DNA of 64,000 nucleotides from Candidatus Micrarchaeota archaeon (GTDB lineage Archaea > Micrarchaeota > Micrarchaeia > Burarchaeales > JAKAKT01), in NCBI GenBank assembly GCA_041305385.1, contig JBFYLO010000030.1:794-64793 (forward strand). Direction: 5' to 3'. The notes under the pieces were generated by a model. The model did not search any database. It was given only the letters and a program-made list of their open reading frames with translations, and was not told the DNA's origin. How positions within the stretch are numbered: position 1 is the stretch's first letter; every line of letters begins with the position of its first letter. Positions 37,086-46,961 of the stretch are shown one piece after another. Both the position numbers and the translations under genes were made by a program.

Positions 37086-37857
37086 TAAATCCCTCCTGTG
37101 ATTGGCCCCCCTTCGGAATCAGCGATGAAACCTCGCCGAGCGGGGTGCCGTCGAGTAAGTAGACTTTGGACTCCTCTAATTTAAAGATTTTATTATTCAT
37201 CAGTGGCCCGTGAAGGCCTTCTGGCGGGTCCCGGTTTAGTATTGCCCCGCCCGTCAGGGGATTGAACGCCGGGGTGATTATTACGTTGGAGCCTGGCTTC
37301 GCGTTGGGATAGTGCTCTCGAATGTTGCTCGAAAACGTCCCTATGCACCAGGCCTTGAGCACGTGCCTTCCGCCCAATGGGTCCGAGAATTCCACGCAGG
37401 GATGCTGATGCGCCATCACCACGGTTTTCTGCGACATCGCCTCTGGGGAGGGCCAGGCATGCCCGTGAAAAAAACCGAAATCGCCGAGAACGAAACCGCT
37501 GGGGGGGGAGATTTCAACATTTTGGCTTTTCAGGTACCTCCTCAGATTCCCGTCATGATTTCCTGGAGTAACCACCACTTTGGCCCTTGCGGAAACCTTC
37601 TCGAAGAAGAGTGAGATGTCGCGTGTCTCTTCCAGTGGCGTGTCTGGTACGTTGTGCTTGACATCCCCCAAAAAAACAACCAGTTCAGGCGAGTAGTCCT
37701 CCACTATCCCGAGAACTGAATCGAGCATTTTCTGGGTTTGAGAACCTATTCTGAGCCCTTTCCCAAACAGCTCGTGCTCTAAGCCAATATGCAAATCAGC
37801 TAGAACGAGCGCCTGCCCTGCCATGAGCGCGGGCAAGCCAGGTATGAATTTCAGCAT
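37063..37857 (-). CDS. calcineurin-like metallophosphoesterase
   Basis: Motifs LADLHIGLEHE, GDVKHN and GNHDG. 264 aa. Confidence 0.6.
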   Translation of the reverse strand: MLKFIPGLPALMAGQALVLADLHIGLEHELFGKGLRIGSQTQKMLDSVLGIVEDYSPELVVFLGDVKHNVPDTPLEETRDISLFFEKVSARAKVVVTPGNHDGNLRRYLKSQNVEISPPSGFVLGDFGFFHGHAWPSPEAMSQKTVVMAHQHPCVEFSDPLGGRHVLKAWCIGTFSSNIREHYPNAKPGSNVIITPAFNPLTGGAILNRDPPEGLHGPLMNNKIFKLEESKVYLLDGTPLGEVSSLIPKGGQSQEGFNGKQKRK

Positions 37858-37858
37858 C

Positions 37859-38050
37859 CTAACCCTTTATTCTTACTGCGTATTTGCCCGGCGCCTTTGC
37901 CCCGATTTTCTTCGCTATCTCGGACTTCTCTGGGTCGAAGACGACCACGTAGCTGGACCACTTGTCAGTGAGCTCGTTTCCATTGCATCCTGGGCACACG
38001 TGGCCTTCAGTTATTATGAGCCTGCAGTTCTTGCATGCCTTGTCAGTCAT
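37859..38050 (-). CDS. spt4: transcription elongation factor Spt4 (RNA polymerase subunit E'')
   Basis: MTDKACKNCRLII...CPGCNG...SEIAKKIGAKAPGKYAVRIKG closely parallels archaeal Spt4. Confidence 0.85.
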   Translation of the reverse strand: MTDKACKNCRLIITEGHVCPGCNGNELTDKWSSYVVVFDPEKSEIAKKIGAKAPGKYAVRIKG

Positions 38051-38060
38051 GTCATCAGCC

Positions 38061-38597
38061 TCACTTTTTTATCCAGTCGAGCTTCCCCAGGCCCTCTGGC
38101 CTCATCGTTAGCCCTGCCCTGGTCTCCGGTATCGAGCCCTTCAGGCTGACTGTCGAAATCTTCGCCCTCACGATATCCCCTTTCTTCAGCATTTTCTTGC
38201 TCTCCTTGCCTATGAACGCCGGGACCTTCTTGTCATAGGAGAGGAAATCGTTGGTTATCTGCGAGAGGTGCACCAGCCCGTCGAGCGGGCCCATCCTGAC
38301 GAATACGCCGAATTCGACCACCTCGCTGACATCGCCCTCCACGACTTCGTTAACCTCAGGCATGAACGAGAGAACGTCGAAATTCACCTTATGGTGGGAG
38401 GCGCCGTCCCCGGGAATCACTGTCCCCTCGCTGACGTCCCTCACGTTCCATAAGGAGAGCACTATCCCCAGGTCCTTGTCCACCTTCCGCTCATATTTCT
38501 CCCTGAGCAGATGGACTATGGTCGAGTTGAGCTCCGTGGAGAAATACTTCGGAGGCACGCGGACCATGTCAGAGATTGTCGAAACCTTATACATCAA
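38061..38597 (-). CDS. rpoE: DNA-directed RNA polymerase subunit E' (Rpb7 homolog, S1 domain)
   Basis: N-terminus MYKVSTISDMVRVPPKYF and a C-terminal S1 fold. Immediately upstream of spt4. Confidence 0.8.
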   Translation of the reverse strand: MMYKVSTISDMVRVPPKYFSTELNSTIVHLLREKYERKVDKDLGIVLSLWNVRDVSEGTVIPGDGASHHKVNFDVLSFMPEVNEVVEGDVSEVVEFGVFVRMGPLDGLVHLSQITNDFLSYDKKVPAFIGKESKKMLKKGDIVRAKISTVSLKGSIPETRAGLTMRPEGLGKLDWIKK

Positions 38598-38616
38598 GCA
38601 TCACCCTTTTTGAGCG

Positions 38617-38991
38617 TTATTCGAAATCGATTTTTGACCTTCCTTTCAGCACGATTGACCTGACCCCGGCCTCCCTGAGCCTCTTCCTCAGGGCCGCATC
38701 GTTGGTGCACGCGAGCGCCCCGGTCGAGGAGCAATAGTCGAGAATCCACTCATCGGCATTTTTCGAGGTCCGGATGACCTTCGCTCCCGCCCCCCTCAAG
38801 GTTTCAAGGGCATGGGCAGCGCCCTTCCCCGACGGGCTTTTGCTTCTCGAAAGCCCCTCGAGCTCGGCCATCACCGAGGAGGAGGTCACGAGCCCGTATT
38901 CGCCAACGAGGTCCCGGAGCGCGAGCAGGGAGTCCACTTTGAACCTGTATGCGCTCATGAGAAAATTGGCGTCGACTACCAGTATTTGCAT
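38617..38991 (-). CDS. PIN-domain protein
   Basis: MQILVVDANFLMSAYRFKVD... acidic PIN residues. 124 aa. Conserved position upstream of rpoE'. Confidence 0.5.
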   Translation of the reverse strand: MQILVVDANFLMSAYRFKVDSLLALRDLVGEYGLVTSSSVMAELEGLSRSKSPSGKGAAHALETLRGAGAKVIRTSKNADEWILDYCSSTGALACTNDAALRKRLREAGVRSIVLKGRSKIDFE

Positions 38992-39059
38992 TTCGTATAC
39001 TTCTATAGGACAAGTATTTTAAAGTTTCTCGAGAACCGAAGGCGGTGCCCAATGGTTCA

Positions 39060-40268
39060 TCATAAGTCTGCGAGCCCTGTGCCAGCCAGTGAGCCGTCAG
39101 CGATGTGGGCCATGGAATCCAGGGTTATCTTCGCCATATACTGGTTGCGCGTCTTGTCCAATGGTTCCCGGTCGAATTTGTCGGTATTCCTGGCAGCCAC
39201 GAGGAAATCGTTGACCCGTATGACGCCCTTGTTCATTAAGATGAACGCATTGAAAGCCAATTTGGAATCATCGTTGTCCAACTTACTGCCAAGCCCCTTG
39301 ACTCCCCTCCAAATTCCGACTAGTTCGGAAGCGATGGCTTTCAGGTGCGGGCTGATTTCCCTCCCGAGCTTTTCAACCACTGACTGGAGAACCTGGTCTG
39401 AATCGCCTGCGAGCCTGAACTTGGAGGAGTTGCCGCCCTCCAGGTTCTCGGAGTGCTTGGTGAGGAGCGAGGAGATGGCCTGAGCGTGCGTTTGTATGTG
39501 CCTACCGCACTCGGAGAGTGCCGGGTCCTTGGCACTTTGCTCCAGGCCATATGCCGCCGCATTAATCGGAGTCAATGCATTGTTGAGATTGTGCTTGTAT
39601 GCTGCGAGCACCTCTGCTGCGAGGTCCGCCCTATTGCCGAAGAATGCCATTCTCTGCCCGGGGATATAATCGTATGTCAGTAGTTTCGGGCCTAAATTCG
39701 CTTTTTTTGCATCCTCGAGAAACTTAATGGCTGTCTCGCACTCGGAAACCACGGTGTCGAGCTTCTTGTTCGTATCGTCCGTTCCGCGAATGGATGAAAG
39801 CTGGACCTTGGCGTCTTGGAGGACGGGCACTGCCTTTTCAGCCAGCGCCATTATGAACTCCTTGGCCATCTCCCCCTCATTCTTTCCTTTTAGGTCCGGG
39901 GAGGAGACATCTTGGTAAACGGCGTCTGAGAGGACTACCTCTCGATACCGGATATGGAAGTTTGAGATAGGCATTAATTTTTCCAAAACCAGGTTAATCC
40001 TGTCCTTAACCTCCTGGGACTCGCTTGATTTCGGATGTATTATGTTGGCAAGGATCCCGACTGTGTTCATGCAAGCGCCGTAGTGGTGGAAGAGCGTCGC
40101 GAATACCTGCTCAGCAGCCTCCTTCCTGATGGTGGCTGGCTGAGGGGCATGAGTTTTTGAGATGTAGCGGGTTATCTGGGGAGTTGTCGCCCGTACTGGA
40201 GGAGTTTTCTTTCTCTGCATGTTTGTTTGGTTCCCATGGTCCCCAGTAGGTACGTTTGAATCCTGCAT
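39060..40268 (-). CDS. hypothetical protein (start trimmed from the 522-aa track ORF)
   Basis: The first 120 codons of the track ORF are Pro/Leu-rich and antisense to the NFACT gene. A plausible start is MQDSN at 40268 or MQRKK at 40220. Confidence 0.4.
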   Translation of the reverse strand: MQDSNVPTGDHGNQTNMQRKKTPPVRATTPQITRYISKTHAPQPATIRKEAAEQVFATLFHHYGACMNTVGILANIIHPKSSESQEVKDRINLVLEKLMPISNFHIRYREVVLSDAVYQDVSSPDLKGKNEGEMAKEFIMALAEKAVPVLQDAKVQLSSIRGTDDTNKKLDTVVSECETAIKFLEDAKKANLGPKLLTYDYIPGQRMAFFGNRADLAAEVLAAYKHNLNNALTPINAAAYGLEQSAKDPALSECGRHIQTHAQAISSLLTKHSENLEGGNSSKFRLAGDSDQVLQSVVEKLGREISPHLKAIASELVGIWRGVKGLGSKLDNDDSKLAFNAFILMNKGVIRVNDFLVAARNTDKFDREPLDKTRNQYMAKITLDSMAHIADGSLAGTGLADL

Positions 40269-40304
40269 AGAAATTATTTTAACAGGACAAGTATATAATG
40301 CATT

Positions 40305-41075
40305 ATGACCGAGGGGCTCGAGCTTGAAATGGGGAAAACTGTCCATGAGAACGCTTCCGTCTATTACGAGAAAGCCAAAGAGCTGAGGAAGAAAGCCGAG
40401 AGCGCTGCCAGGGCGATGGAGGATACGCGGAAGGCGATTGAGGGAGAGGAAATGAAAATCTCCAAGACCCCTGTGAGAAAGGCCGTGAGGGTCAAGAGGG
40501 AGAAGAAATGGTTCGAGCGGTTCCACTGGTTCGAGAGCGGGGGATTCATGGTTCTCGCTGGGAGAGATGCGAAGCAAAACGAGGAGCTTGTTTGGAAGCA
40601 GCTCGGGGATGAGGACCTGTTTTTCCATGCGGACATCCGGGGAGCCCCGGCAACAATTTTGAAGAACGGGAAGAGGGCCCCGGAGAAAGTGCTCAGGGAG
40701 ACTGCCCAGTTCGCCGCATCCTACTCGAGCGCCTGGAAGGCTGGGCTCTCGAGCGTTGATGTGTATTCTGTGGAGAAATCTCAGGTCTCAAAGGAAGCGC
40801 AGGGCGAGTATTTGGGAACCGGAAGCTTTGTCATCTCCGGCAAGAGGAACTGGTTCAGGAACACCGAGTTGGGGCTCAGGATAGGAGTAGATGAAGTGGG
40901 ATTAAAGTCTGTTCCCTGCTCCTCGGAAATCAAGCTCTCCAAATCAATCTCCCTAAAGCCCGGAGACAAGGAAAAGGGCGAGGCCTCAAGGGAAATCGCA
41001 AAAGACCTCGGGGCCTCGGTGGATGAAATTCTCTCCGCCCTTCCCTCAGGGAAGTTCGAATGCAAAAAGGATTAA
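40305..41075 (+). CDS. NFACT-R (DUF814) domain protein: Rqc2/FbpA C-terminal domain only
   Basis: KKWFERFHWFESGGFMVLAGRDAKQNEELVWKQLGDEDLFFHADIRGAPATILK is the DUF814 signature. The N-terminal NFACT-N domain is absent. Confidence 0.6.
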   Translation: MTEGLELEMGKTVHENASVYYEKAKELRKKAESAARAMEDTRKAIEGEEMKISKTPVRKAVRVKREKKWFERFHWFESGGFMVLAGRDAKQNEELVWKQLGDEDLFFHADIRGAPATILKNGKRAPEKVLRETAQFAASYSSAWKAGLSSVDVYSVEKSQVSKEAQGEYLGTGSFVISGKRNWFRNTELGLRIGVDEVGLKSVPCSSEIKLSKSISLKPGDKEKGEASREIAKDLGASVDEILSALPSGKFECKKD

Positions 41076-41107
41076 AACAGAACAAGGAAAATGGTTCTGG
41101 TGGTTGC

Positions 41108-41689
41108 ATGATTATTTTCGGCTCAGAGCAAGAAGAGTATCTCGGCCTATGGAAGAACCCGTTCATTCTCTACATTGCTTTGGTGGTCGGGCTTTCGCTG
41201 CTCTCATTCATTTCTTTTGACGCTTACCTGGAGGTCTCCGGGCTCTCGGGGATCTCGACGCTGATTTACCTCGGGGTTGCGGCGTATGTAGGTTGGAATG
41301 CCCGCAAGAAGGGGATGGGGACCTGGAATGCAGTTTTCGCAGGCTTGGCGCTGGGGTTTGCCATAGGCGCTGCTGACATAATCGCCCACATGGCCCTGCT
41401 TTACTTCAACCCAAATTACGCGGCCACGTTCGACCAGCTGATACAGAGTGTTATTGCAAACTCCGTTTCATCCGGAAGCCCGATGACCTGGGATGAAGCG
41501 TGGGTTTTCGTGATGATATTCGTACTCCTCCTGAATTTGGTGATAAGCGCGATAATTCTCGGGTTGCTGGCAGGCGCTGTCTCGCTCGCAGTTAAATATT
41601 TGGCTTGGAAACCTGCGGAATCGGGCGGGGCGGGTAAGATTGAGCGGGAAAGGAATAAGCCGGGCAAAAAGTTCAGGAGGAAAAGGTAA
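41108..41689 (+). CDS. hypothetical polytopic membrane protein
   Basis: Several hydrophobic helices. The start is uncertain (track start 41060). Confidence 0.35.
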   Translation: MIIFGSEQEEYLGLWKNPFILYIALVVGLSLLSFISFDAYLEVSGLSGISTLIYLGVAAYVGWNARKKGMGTWNAVFAGLALGFAIGAADIIAHMALLYFNPNYAATFDQLIQSVIANSVSSGSPMTWDEAWVFVMIFVLLLNLVISAIILGLLAGAVSLAVKYLAWKPAESGGAGKIERERNKPGKKFRRKR

Positions 41690-41693
41690 GCTG

Positions 41694-42683
41694 ATGAAAG
41701 AGGCCATTCTGTACCAGAAGCTGCCGGAGAAAAAGGTGTCCTGCTCGCTATGCTCCAGGAGATGCACGATTCCCGAGGGAAAGCGGGGCTTTTGCGGAGT
41801 GCGGGAAAACCGGGGGGGGACGCTTTATTCGTTGGTGTGGGGGAGGCCCTGTTCTTACGCAGTCGACGCCATTGAGAAAAAGCCTTTTTTCCATTTCTTC
41901 CCAGGAACCTCCGCGTTCTCGCTGGCCACAGTTGGCTGCAACTTCCGCTGCATCCACTGCCAGAACTGGCGGATAAGCCAGGCGAGGGAGGTTTACGGGG
42001 AGGAATTGAGCCCTGAGCAGATTGTTAGGATGGCGAAAGGCTGCGGGGGGATTGCTTACACCTACACCGAGCCGACGGTTTTCATGGAATACGCCCTCGA
42101 CATCGCGAAGCTGGCGAGGGGGAAGGGGATGTACAATGTCTTCGTGACTAATGGGTACATGACCCCTGAAGCTGTCGGGGAGATGAAGCTCATTGACGCG
42201 AGCAGGATTGACTTGAAGTCGATGAGGGACAAGTTCTACAAGGAGATTTGCGGGGCGAGCCTCGAGCCCGTCCTAGAGTCCATAAGGCTGCTGCACAAGA
42301 AGGGGCACGTTGAGCTGATTAACCTGGTGATACCTGGAAAGAACGACGGCGATGAAGAACTTCACGAGCTTTCGAAGTGGGTCGCTGACCTCGACCCGGA
42401 CATCCCGCTCCACTTCACCGCCTATCACCCGGCGAACAAGCTGAACTCGCCCATGACTCCGGCCAAGACCATTGAAAGGGCGAGAAGGATTGCCCTGGAA
42501 GAGGGCGTGCACTTTGTGTACGTGGGCAACATTCCCGGGCATCCTGGCGAGAACACATATTGCTACAATTGCGGGCAGATGCTTGTTGAGAGAGCCGGGT
42601 TCTCGGTTTCTAAGTATGGGCTGGGAAAAGAGAAACGGTGCCCCAAGTGCGGGGTAAAAATAAGGGTTGTGGACTCGTTCTAA
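41694..42683 (+). CDS. AmmeMemoRadiSam-system radical SAM enzyme (PFL-activase-like)
   Basis: N-terminal CSLCSRRC...FCGVREN, then SLATVGCNFRCIHCQNW (CxxxCxxC). Start trimmed to MKEAILYQ. Confidence 0.7.
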   Translation: MKEAILYQKLPEKKVSCSLCSRRCTIPEGKRGFCGVRENRGGTLYSLVWGRPCSYAVDAIEKKPFFHFFPGTSAFSLATVGCNFRCIHCQNWRISQAREVYGEELSPEQIVRMAKGCGGIAYTYTEPTVFMEYALDIAKLARGKGMYNVFVTNGYMTPEAVGEMKLIDASRIDLKSMRDKFYKEICGASLEPVLESIRLLHKKGHVELINLVIPGKNDGDEELHELSKWVADLDPDIPLHFTAYHPANKLNSPMTPAKTIERARRIALEEGVHFVYVGNIPGHPGENTYCYNCGQMLVERAGFSVSKYGLGKEKRCPKCGVKIRVVDSF

Positions 42684-42693
42684 CTTTGCCCCA

Positions 42694-43719
42694 TTAGGTC
42701 GGCATCAGGGACTTGAACATCGTCTTCAGGCCCCACTGCGCTGCGAAGAATATTACGAGCGCCGCGGTCATGAAAATCGGGATGTACCTGAGGGCCGGGT
42801 TGAGCTTTCCGTGCCTTATCTGGGCGAGCACGAGCGAGCTGAAGAACGTGGTTACGATTATGCATGCGGTGGCAAAGTTCTTCATGTCCTCCCCGGTTAT
42901 TTTGCTGTCCTTGTCCTTGGCGCCGCCCATCTTTCCCAGGAAGCCCGTCGCCCCTGAAGGAAGCTCGTTGGGGTTTATGGATACGCGCGACGAGATGGTT
43001 TCGGAAAGGTCCGTGTAATAGACGGATGTCGCGAACAGCAGCGGGGATGCGATGACGCAGCTGAAGACGATGAATATGGTGTACATGAGGGTGAGATTCA
43101 TGAGCTCTCTCTTCAACTGGGTTACGTTGCGCATGTCCTGCCCGACCTCGTAGAGCAGGGACGCCATCTGGCCTCCGAGCGAGTTGCCCTCGACGAGAAG
43201 CCTCACTGCGCGCTTGAGCGTGGTGGAGCGGACCCTGTTCGCCATCTCGACCATGGCCTGGTTGAGCGATGCGCCTCCGAATGTCTTTGCGCTCATGCGG
43301 CGTATCTCTTCCTCGAGCGGGCCGAACTCCGGCTTGGCAGAGGCCATAACGGCGTTCTCCACAGTCATGCCTGCCCGGATGTTCGCGGATATCATGAACA
43401 GGGCATCCGGGAGAACGTCCTCTATTTTCTTGGCCCTGTTGTCGGCGGTTATGTAGAGGAACACAAAGAACAGCGACTCTATGATGAGCAATGAAGCGAT
43501 GGCCACGATGAACCCGAGAATGTCGTTCTTGAGCAGAGAGGCTGAAACGAAAAACATGACGACTCCCGCGAGTATCGATATGGTCGCAGATGCCCCGAGG
43601 TAATGGCGGGCGTTCATCTCGAAATCCGCCTCTATGAGGAGCTGGTTGCATAGCGCCGTGACTGGCTTTGGGAACAGCAATGAAAGAATTGTGAACACGT
43701 TGCTGAGCGGGTTTGCCAT
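42694..43719 (-). CDS. TadC-like pilus assembly membrane protein
   Basis: 341 aa, polytopic. Paralog of the 10453..11415 product. Confidence 0.6.
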   Translation of the reverse strand: MANPLSNVFTILSLLFPKPVTALCNQLLIEADFEMNARHYLGASATISILAGVVMFFVSASLLKNDILGFIVAIASLLIIESLFFVFLYITADNRAKKIEDVLPDALFMISANIRAGMTVENAVMASAKPEFGPLEEEIRRMSAKTFGGASLNQAMVEMANRVRSTTLKRAVRLLVEGNSLGGQMASLLYEVGQDMRNVTQLKRELMNLTLMYTIFIVFSCVIASPLLFATSVYYTDLSETISSRVSINPNELPSGATGFLGKMGGAKDKDSKITGEDMKNFATACIIVTTFFSSLVLAQIRHGKLNPALRYIPIFMTAALVIFFAAQWGLKTMFKSLMPT

Positions 43720-44595
43720 CTATTCCACCATCGGTCTCCTTGATTTTACAAAATTGATAAAGAACATTTGGAACAGGACAAGAAACACTATGACTCCTGG
43801 AAGCACCAGCATCTTGGGCATGGATATGCTCAGGAAGGACAGTATAATGGCGGCGATTGTTATCCCGAGCGAGGGGATGACTACTGCGAGCATCATGTAC
43901 ATCATGGTCCAGGGATTCAGCTCCTGCCCGTACCTCCTTATGTCGTCCATCTTCTCGCGGGTGAGCTCGTCTATCATATCGGAGAGGCTGACCGCGATAT
44001 CGGACCCCACGGTCAGGGAGTTCGAGATGTGCCAGAGGACACGCCTGAACTTGAACGAAGAGTTGCGCTTGCTCGCCTCGTTGAGGGCCTCGGATTCCGA
44101 CACCCCGACGTTTATGTGCTCGACGATGCGCTTGAATTCTATGGAAACCTCGCCGTAGCCCTCGGTCACGCTGCTCATCGCCTGGAAGAGCGTTACTCCT
44201 GAACGAACCTCTATGAGGAGCTGCCTCAGGGCCGGGATGAGGTTGTTGTCCATGGAGCGCACTCTTTTCGACGCGTTGACCTTGGGCATCATGAGGACGG
44301 AGAAGAAGCTCGCCGCCCCGACTATGACGCAAACTCCCACTATGAATATTGTTATGTTCTGCTTCGCCAAGACGCCTATGAGCGAGAGCGCGAGACCCAG
44401 TATCACGACGTTGCTGACTGCAACCAGGAAAGCCGCTGCGCCGTACTCCTTCGGGGACATCTTTATGTCCGCCTGGATTAGGTCAATCTTAAGGCCCGGG
44501 TTTATGGCGCTTACGATGCTCCCTATGCCTATCATCTTCTTTGACATTGAGAGGACTATGGGGACCGGCAATATGCTGAATGGTATTCGCATCAT
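43720..44595 (-). CDS. TadB-like pilus assembly membrane protein
   Basis: 291 aa. Paralog of the 11420..12205 product. Its start abuts the downstream gene's stop. Confidence 0.6.
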   Translation of the reverse strand: MMRIPFSILPVPIVLSMSKKMIGIGSIVSAINPGLKIDLIQADIKMSPKEYGAAAFLVAVSNVVILGLALSLIGVLAKQNITIFIVGVCVIVGAASFFSVLMMPKVNASKRVRSMDNNLIPALRQLLIEVRSGVTLFQAMSSVTEGYGEVSIEFKRIVEHINVGVSESEALNEASKRNSSFKFRRVLWHISNSLTVGSDIAVSLSDMIDELTREKMDDIRRYGQELNPWTMMYMMLAVVIPSLGITIAAIILSFLSISMPKMLVLPGVIVFLVLFQMFFINFVKSRRPMVE

Positions 44596-44608
44596 TTCAA
44601 CGCCTCTC

Positions 44609-46288
44609 CTAATCCTCCTTCTCCTTCTTCTTCTCCCTCTTTATAAGCGTGCTGAGCCTGTTGAGCTGCTCCTTCCACTCGTCCATGTCTAGTTTCTCGT
44701 CCTCTGTTTTTTTGGAAGTGGCGGGCCTTTCCTCTGAGTCCTCTGGCTCGTCTATCTGCTCGCTGACTACGCTTTGTGCAGGCGCCTTTTTAAGCAATTC
44801 GGCGGGCTTGACCTTGCCGCCTATCATCTCGACGACTTTTTCCCTATCCCTGTAATAGAGGGCTACAATCCTTCCGGCGTCGTTAATCGTGAATATGGAG
44901 TTCTTTACCATATAATCGATGATGGATTTTTTCTCGGCGAGGTCCGCCTCCATCTCCCTCTCGTTCATTCCGCTGTATGACAATATCTCCTCGGTCACGC
45001 GCTTGTGCTGCCCAATCTTGTCCAGCGAATCATTCTTCGCGTTCCAGCGGTAGACTACGTTGACGTCGGCATACTTGCCGCTCCTGCCGACAACCTCGGC
45101 CACTTCGAATGTGCGCCTCACTCCCGTTCTCCTCTGCCGGTATTGCACGAGGATTATGTGCACGGCCTCGAGCATGTTCTCGGGGAGGTTGATGGGCGGG
45201 GTGGTCATCCTGTTCTTCACCTGCTCGGCATTGTCGGCATGGAGCGTCGCATAGACCGAGTGGCCCGTGTGCATGGCCTCGAAAAGCACCTCTGCCTCCT
45301 TCTGGCGCCTTATCTCACCGACGATGATGCGGTCTGGCCTCATGCGGAGGGCGTTCACCATGAGGTCGAGCATCGTAACTTCCCCTTTGCCCTCCGGATT
45401 CGGCAGCCTGGTGACCATTGGCGTCCACTGGAGGTATTCGGGGAGGAGTATCTCTCTCGTATCCTCTATGCTGATTATGCGCTGGTTGGGCGGGGTGAAT
45501 AGGAGCACTGCGTTGAGTATTGATGTTTTACCCGAGGCGGTTCCTCCGCCCACTATGATGTTCATCTCGTACTGCATGCAGAGCCAGAGGAGCGCTGCCA
45601 CTTCGGGGCTCATCAAGCGCATCTCCGGCGTGAGCAGCTTCGTGATTGTCCAGGGATTCTTTGCAAATTTCCTTATGGTCATCGAGTTTCCCTTGTTGGA
45701 AATGGGGAACAGGATGGCATTCACACGCTCTCCTGACTCGAGGTGAGCGTCGAGCAGCGGCTGCAGGTTGGATATCTGCCTGCCGACCCTCCTTGCGACT
45801 ATGGATGAGTAGTTGGCAATCTGCTCCTCGCTGTCGAAAACGAAGTTGGTCTTCAGCCAGCCGTGCTTCTGGTGGTAGACCCACATGGGCTCCTTCGCAG
45901 AAGTGATGCAGAGATCCTCCAGGTATTGGTCCTCGAGAATGAGCTCCATGTCCCCGAGGCCTATGAGGTCGTGGGTGAGCTTTCCGACCAGAATCTTCCT
46001 AGTCTCGTCGCTTATCTCCGCCATCTGGTTTTTCACTAGCTCGTTTGATTTTTCTATGAATTTGTTCTTGACCGAGTCGAAGGCCTTTGTGTCCAGCATC
46101 TCCGGGGTCCTGAGGCCGACCTCCTCGACTATCCTCTCGCGCAGCTGCTTGAGGGCCGCCTCGGTGGCCTTGTGGAGCTTTATCTGCTTCAGCTCATAGG
46201 TGTCGACGAACTCGTTCTCGCTCCTTACTATGTCTACCTCTGCCGGAACCCCGTCGCACACTATTTTGTATTTGTCAAGGATCTTCAT
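44609..46288 (-). CDS. type II/IV secretion system ATPase (FlaI/VirB11/TadA-like), second copy, with a charged C-terminal tail
   Basis: Walker A IVGGGTASGKTSILN and the His box EAEVLFEAMHTGHSVYATLHAD. C-terminus KREKKKEKED. Confidence 0.8.
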   Translation of the reverse strand: MKILDKYKIVCDGVPAEVDIVRSENEFVDTYELKQIKLHKATEAALKQLRERIVEEVGLRTPEMLDTKAFDSVKNKFIEKSNELVKNQMAEISDETRKILVGKLTHDLIGLGDMELILEDQYLEDLCITSAKEPMWVYHQKHGWLKTNFVFDSEEQIANYSSIVARRVGRQISNLQPLLDAHLESGERVNAILFPISNKGNSMTIRKFAKNPWTITKLLTPEMRLMSPEVAALLWLCMQYEMNIIVGGGTASGKTSILNAVLLFTPPNQRIISIEDTREILLPEYLQWTPMVTRLPNPEGKGEVTMLDLMVNALRMRPDRIIVGEIRRQKEAEVLFEAMHTGHSVYATLHADNAEQVKNRMTTPPINLPENMLEAVHIILVQYRQRRTGVRRTFEVAEVVGRSGKYADVNVVYRWNAKNDSLDKIGQHKRVTEEILSYSGMNEREMEADLAEKKSIIDYMVKNSIFTINDAGRIVALYYRDREKVVEMIGGKVKPAELLKKAPAQSVVSEQIDEPEDSEERPATSKKTEDEKLDMDEWKEQLNRLSTLIKREKKKEKED

Positions 46289-46297
46289 TCCATTGCC

Positions 46298-46939
46298 TCA
46301 ATTTCTTTTGCCGAACAGGCCCCCTAGTTTGAAGCCTCCTGGCTTCGGCTGCTCCGTCCTCTCCGCCGAAGAGCCCGATGACCTGAATTCGCCGACCCGC
46401 CTGTGGAATTCCTTGAACCTTTCCTGGAGCGTCTTCGAGTCGTTGACGACCTTCTGGTCCGAGACGGTGATTCTGCTCTCGAAGTCCTTGGCTATCCGCT
46501 CTATCTCCTCAGCCTGCCTGAGGGAGCCGGGATCCTTTCCGTTCCTCTGCTTAATGGCATGGAGCGTTCCCTCCGCCTCCACCATCCACTGGGAAACATC
46601 CCTCTCGATGGATTTGTAGTCGGACTCGAATTTCTCTATGTCCTTGTTTATCATCGAGCCGAGGTTCTTGATTCTCTCAACGTCCTGCCTCAGCCTATCG
46701 ACCTCCTCGTTCTTCGTCTCCAGCTGCTGCTTGGATATGAGCTCGGTCTTTCCCGAGTCGATGAGCGCGTACTTGACCTTTATCATCCCGCTCTCCTCGA
46801 GAATGGCAGCGAGATGCTCCACCTGCGCCGGGTTGAGGGCAAGGGAAACGGATACCTCTGTTATCGTAGTCCTGCCCTTGCGCTGGATGAAGTCCAGCAC
46901 GCGGTCGATGACAGTGCTCATTTCCTTCTCTTCGGCCAT
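46298..46939 (-). CDS. wHTH plus coiled-coil protein (possible regulator or assembly factor of the pilus operon)
   Basis: Start trimmed to MAEEKEM. N-terminal wHTH-like, C-terminal heptad-rich helix, and a GGFKLGGLFGKRN tail. Confidence 0.45.
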   Translation of the reverse strand: MAEEKEMSTVIDRVLDFIQRKGRTTITEVSVSLALNPAQVEHLAAILEESGMIKVKYALIDSGKTELISKQQLETKNEEVDRLRQDVERIKNLGSMINKDIEKFESDYKSIERDVSQWMVEAEGTLHAIKQRNGKDPGSLRQAEEIERIAKDFESRITVSDQKVVNDSKTLQERFKEFHRRVGEFRSSGSSAERTEQPKPGGFKLGGLFGKRN

Positions 46940-46961
46940 CGTATCATCCTTTCCTAAGCAC

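Noticed and set aside
40269-40628. N-terminal 120 codons of the 522-aa minus ORF
   Set aside because: Pro/Leu-rich and fully antisense to the NFACT-R gene. The gene start was moved to an internal Met.
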